This document shows positions 61,290-64,000 of a DNA stretch of 64,000 nucleotides, piece after piece. Below the pieces are notes generated by a model. The model was not told the DNA's origin, ran no database searches, and was given only the letters and a program-made list of their open reading frames with translations. Origin of the DNA: Takakia lepidozioides (lineage: Eukaryota > Plantae > Bryophyta). Numbering within the stretch: the first letter of the stretch is position 1; the number at the start of each line of letters is the position of its first letter. The translations under genes and the position numbers were made by a program. The stretch is from positions 25,916,001 to 25,980,000 of the forward strand of contig CM060733.1 in assembly GCA_030704615.1 (NCBI GenBank), read 5' to 3'.

Positions 61290-64000
61290 GAGCTGGCAAT
61301 GGTGCCTAGTTCCACTTGCGACTGAACTCCAACCTGACATATAACAACCCATACAGGAGTCGTCGACTTGTACTTCTCCACCATTCCAGTCCTATTTATC
61401 ATGACACCTCACATGATTGTTCAAAGGAGATAAAGAGCAATTTCTTTTTTTTCTCCAGAGCTTTTGTCAATATTTACTATATCATCAGGAGTCAGGGAAT
61501 GGTGCTTTATAACGTCCGCGGAGAAAACCAGACAAGAAAACTAGAGAGAGGAGTCCCTGCACCTGTAAATATACCAAGGGAATTTTAGACCAACTTGAGG
61601 ACGCAAATTCTATAGCAAGTGTAGCACAGCCGATCTCCACTTTACTTCTAGTTATGTTCTGATTTTATTCTGAATTCATGACCTGTTAAATTTTTCCAAG
61701 AAGCCTACTGAAACTTAATCTCCTTTGCCTTGATTGATCAACTACAGTCAGCCGGATTCTGTGATAACGATCAGACATCCTGGAAGCATACCGCTCCGAA
61801 GGACTCCTCTCTCGTCTGTCTCCACGCCCTGCACTGACAAAAGTTGGAACCACAATAATGAACCGCAGCTGCCTTTTGTTTCGGATCATTTAGAAAAACT
61901 CAACATCGATATCGAGGTACCGGAAAATTTGGACTGAAACTCCCAGTTTACTCTTCTCACGAGGGCGAACCTTCATGCCTGCGATTTTATGAGTACTGTG
62001 GAGGTGTCGGCGCTGTATCCTCAGTAGTCAAACACACTGGACCTCCCGAGAGCCGATGAAACGTGCAAGGAAACACACGCACCCGCCGTCAAAAGTGTTG
62101 GTGGTGGAAAAGGTAGCTCTTCCCAGCCTTTTGGACCACCAATCAGCCATGCTCACATCGTCACAGTTGTTTGTTCGTCCCTAATAATAAGAAGACAGCA
62201 GCGCTAGCATGGTACACTTGGATCTGGATCTCAGTGCATTTGTCTTCAATCCCTTATATCGCGCACTAAAAGTCGGCTCAAGAGCCGGACACTTTATAGA
62301 GCAGATTCAATGACTGGGCACAGGGAATCCTGCGGCAGCTGATTCCTTACGATGTTCCAAACAACGTTCCAAAAAGTCGGGAAGGAATTAGCACTTCTAT
62401 TGCTTGGCTTTTGTGACGGTTTTTCATCGTGGGGGGACCAGAGGGAGAGATGAAGGAGACATACTGATACCCAGGCCACACCTACTTGCCTCAAAGCAGG
62501 GCCCTTCGCGGGCAGTCAGGCCGAGGCCGTTCCTACGCTGCCCGGCCGGGCGTCCGCTTGACTTAGTTTAACGCAATAGAAACTACGTTATGGAGATGGT
62601 AGTGCGTTCCTCGAATGCTGTAGCCTGTAGTAGGGCGCCACCAATGTGTGAAGGCCCCATGGGAGCAGGAAAGGATGATAGAACTCTACCATGACATCAC
62701 CCTTTGCCTTGCTGGATCTTAGCTACCATTCCCTGTTCTTCAAACTGGGTCCCGCCAAGGCAAGGATGTGGGTGTGGCCGCTTGCCTTGCAGTGAAGACG
62801 CCGTTTCCGACTAGCCTCCTGCTAACTGAGGCAAATGCATTGTGTGGCCTGGCTATGAGACTGGCAGCTGGGCAATAGAGTTTACTTTATTTGTTAGATG
62901 ATATACATGTCACCCATGCTCAGATTGGACCAGTTCACCTACTTCAATTGGGGTCAATCACATAGAGTACCTTATGAAGAGTATCTTAGATATACATTAG
63001 TAACAAGAAGGTTTCTTCAAACTCAGACCTGGAATTCCAAGTGCTCTCTTTGAAGAACTCATACTCAGGTCACTTGCAGGGGCCAGGGAGCAAAGTAGGG
63101 CCACTTTATACACGCCACAAGCGAGCCCCACAAAATGTGGTGGTGGTTGGTCATTGGAGTATGTAATTTGGCCTTTGGGCGGATACTTCACAAATGGGAT
63201 TTCAATGGAAAACTTAATGTCCATGTGGCAGTGTAATTGAAGTTTCAGCAACTTCAAATGTATTGAAGGTGTTCTTTCCTTGCTCTGTAATTCACTGGAC
63301 GTTAAAGAAACTTTATCCTTTCCTTGCCATTCATTAACCCCCACCTACCAATACCTAAATTAGACTTGGTGAAGGGAGTTTCCTTTCTCAATAGCCGTGA
63401 GGCAAAGCATTGCAGAGAAAGGAAATTCTTTATTGCCCAAAAGGGCTTTTGATCTTTTTGAGAAGACAATTGCACCATCATGGTTTGGTTGGACTCTCGA
63501 AGCATAATTAATTAGCAAGTGAAACCTACGTCTGCTACAAAAACACAGCATGATTGACTGGTCCCCTCAATGAGTGACTCAGATTATATACACAATCAAA
63601 TGCTGGAAAAGGGCTAGAGGCTGCCCATTAAGTTACCCATGTCGAGAGAGTCACAAATTGAGTCAATTCGACCTATACAAGCGAGAAAAATATTCTTGTA
63701 CATTCTACATTCTTGTACATTTCAGCATCAATGTCAAAATCCTGTTACTCCCATACTCCCATACATTAAAAATATTTAAAACAAAATCTTGTTGTTGGAC
63801 TCATGTAATGAACTCTACAATATAAGTCATTGAATTAACATCATATAAATCGAATCATAGGTAGCTGTAGAGGATAATCCTATTAGAAAGAGCCCCACCA
63901 AAATCACATTCCTTAAGAAAACCCCTAAAATGTCGCCTTAAAACAAGACAGAGAAATAAAAGTGCTGGTTCCTACTAGGGTCAAACTTGGCCAGCCAGAT

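Noticed and set aside
62997-63551. Minus-strand ORF fragments as a gene
   Set aside because: No recognisable family or consistent splice pattern.

Overview
Eukaryotic, intron-containing plant DNA. A non-seed land plant such as a bryophyte, lycophyte or fern is inferred from the very regular PLS-type PPR array and the transposon types. Four host genes are supported: a tandem-CCCH zinc-finger gene (C3H14/15-like, ~8.8-10.6 kb, +); a PLS-class PPR gene with an intact repeat tract but a decayed E/DYW tail (26.1-29.8 kb, +); a kelch-flanked cytosolic guanylate kinase (52.5-56.7 kb, +); and a DUF3445/heme-dependent N-demethylase-like gene (58.9-61.3 kb, -). The rest is mostly nested transposons. 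These include two copies of one Ty3/gypsy chromovirus family (1-3879 partial; 34973-41974 full length with an AGGTG TSD), a Tekay-like remnant, an L1 3' end, PIF/Harbinger and CACTA remnants, hAT-type MITEs, tRNA-derived SINEs, a foldback element and a TTAA-flanked piggyBac-like element. The most striking object is a decayed non-LTR retrotransposon (~32.25-44.0 kb, -, split by the gypsy element) with domain order RT - chromodomain - PCIF1/CAPAM-like N6-adenine methyltransferase - RNase H - CCHC knuckle - restriction-like endonuclease (Dualen/RandI-like). Also notable is an inverted, synonymously diverged copy of the CCCH gene's N-terminus 1.3 kb upstream of the gene. All family assignments come from recognising motifs by eye; no database searches were run.
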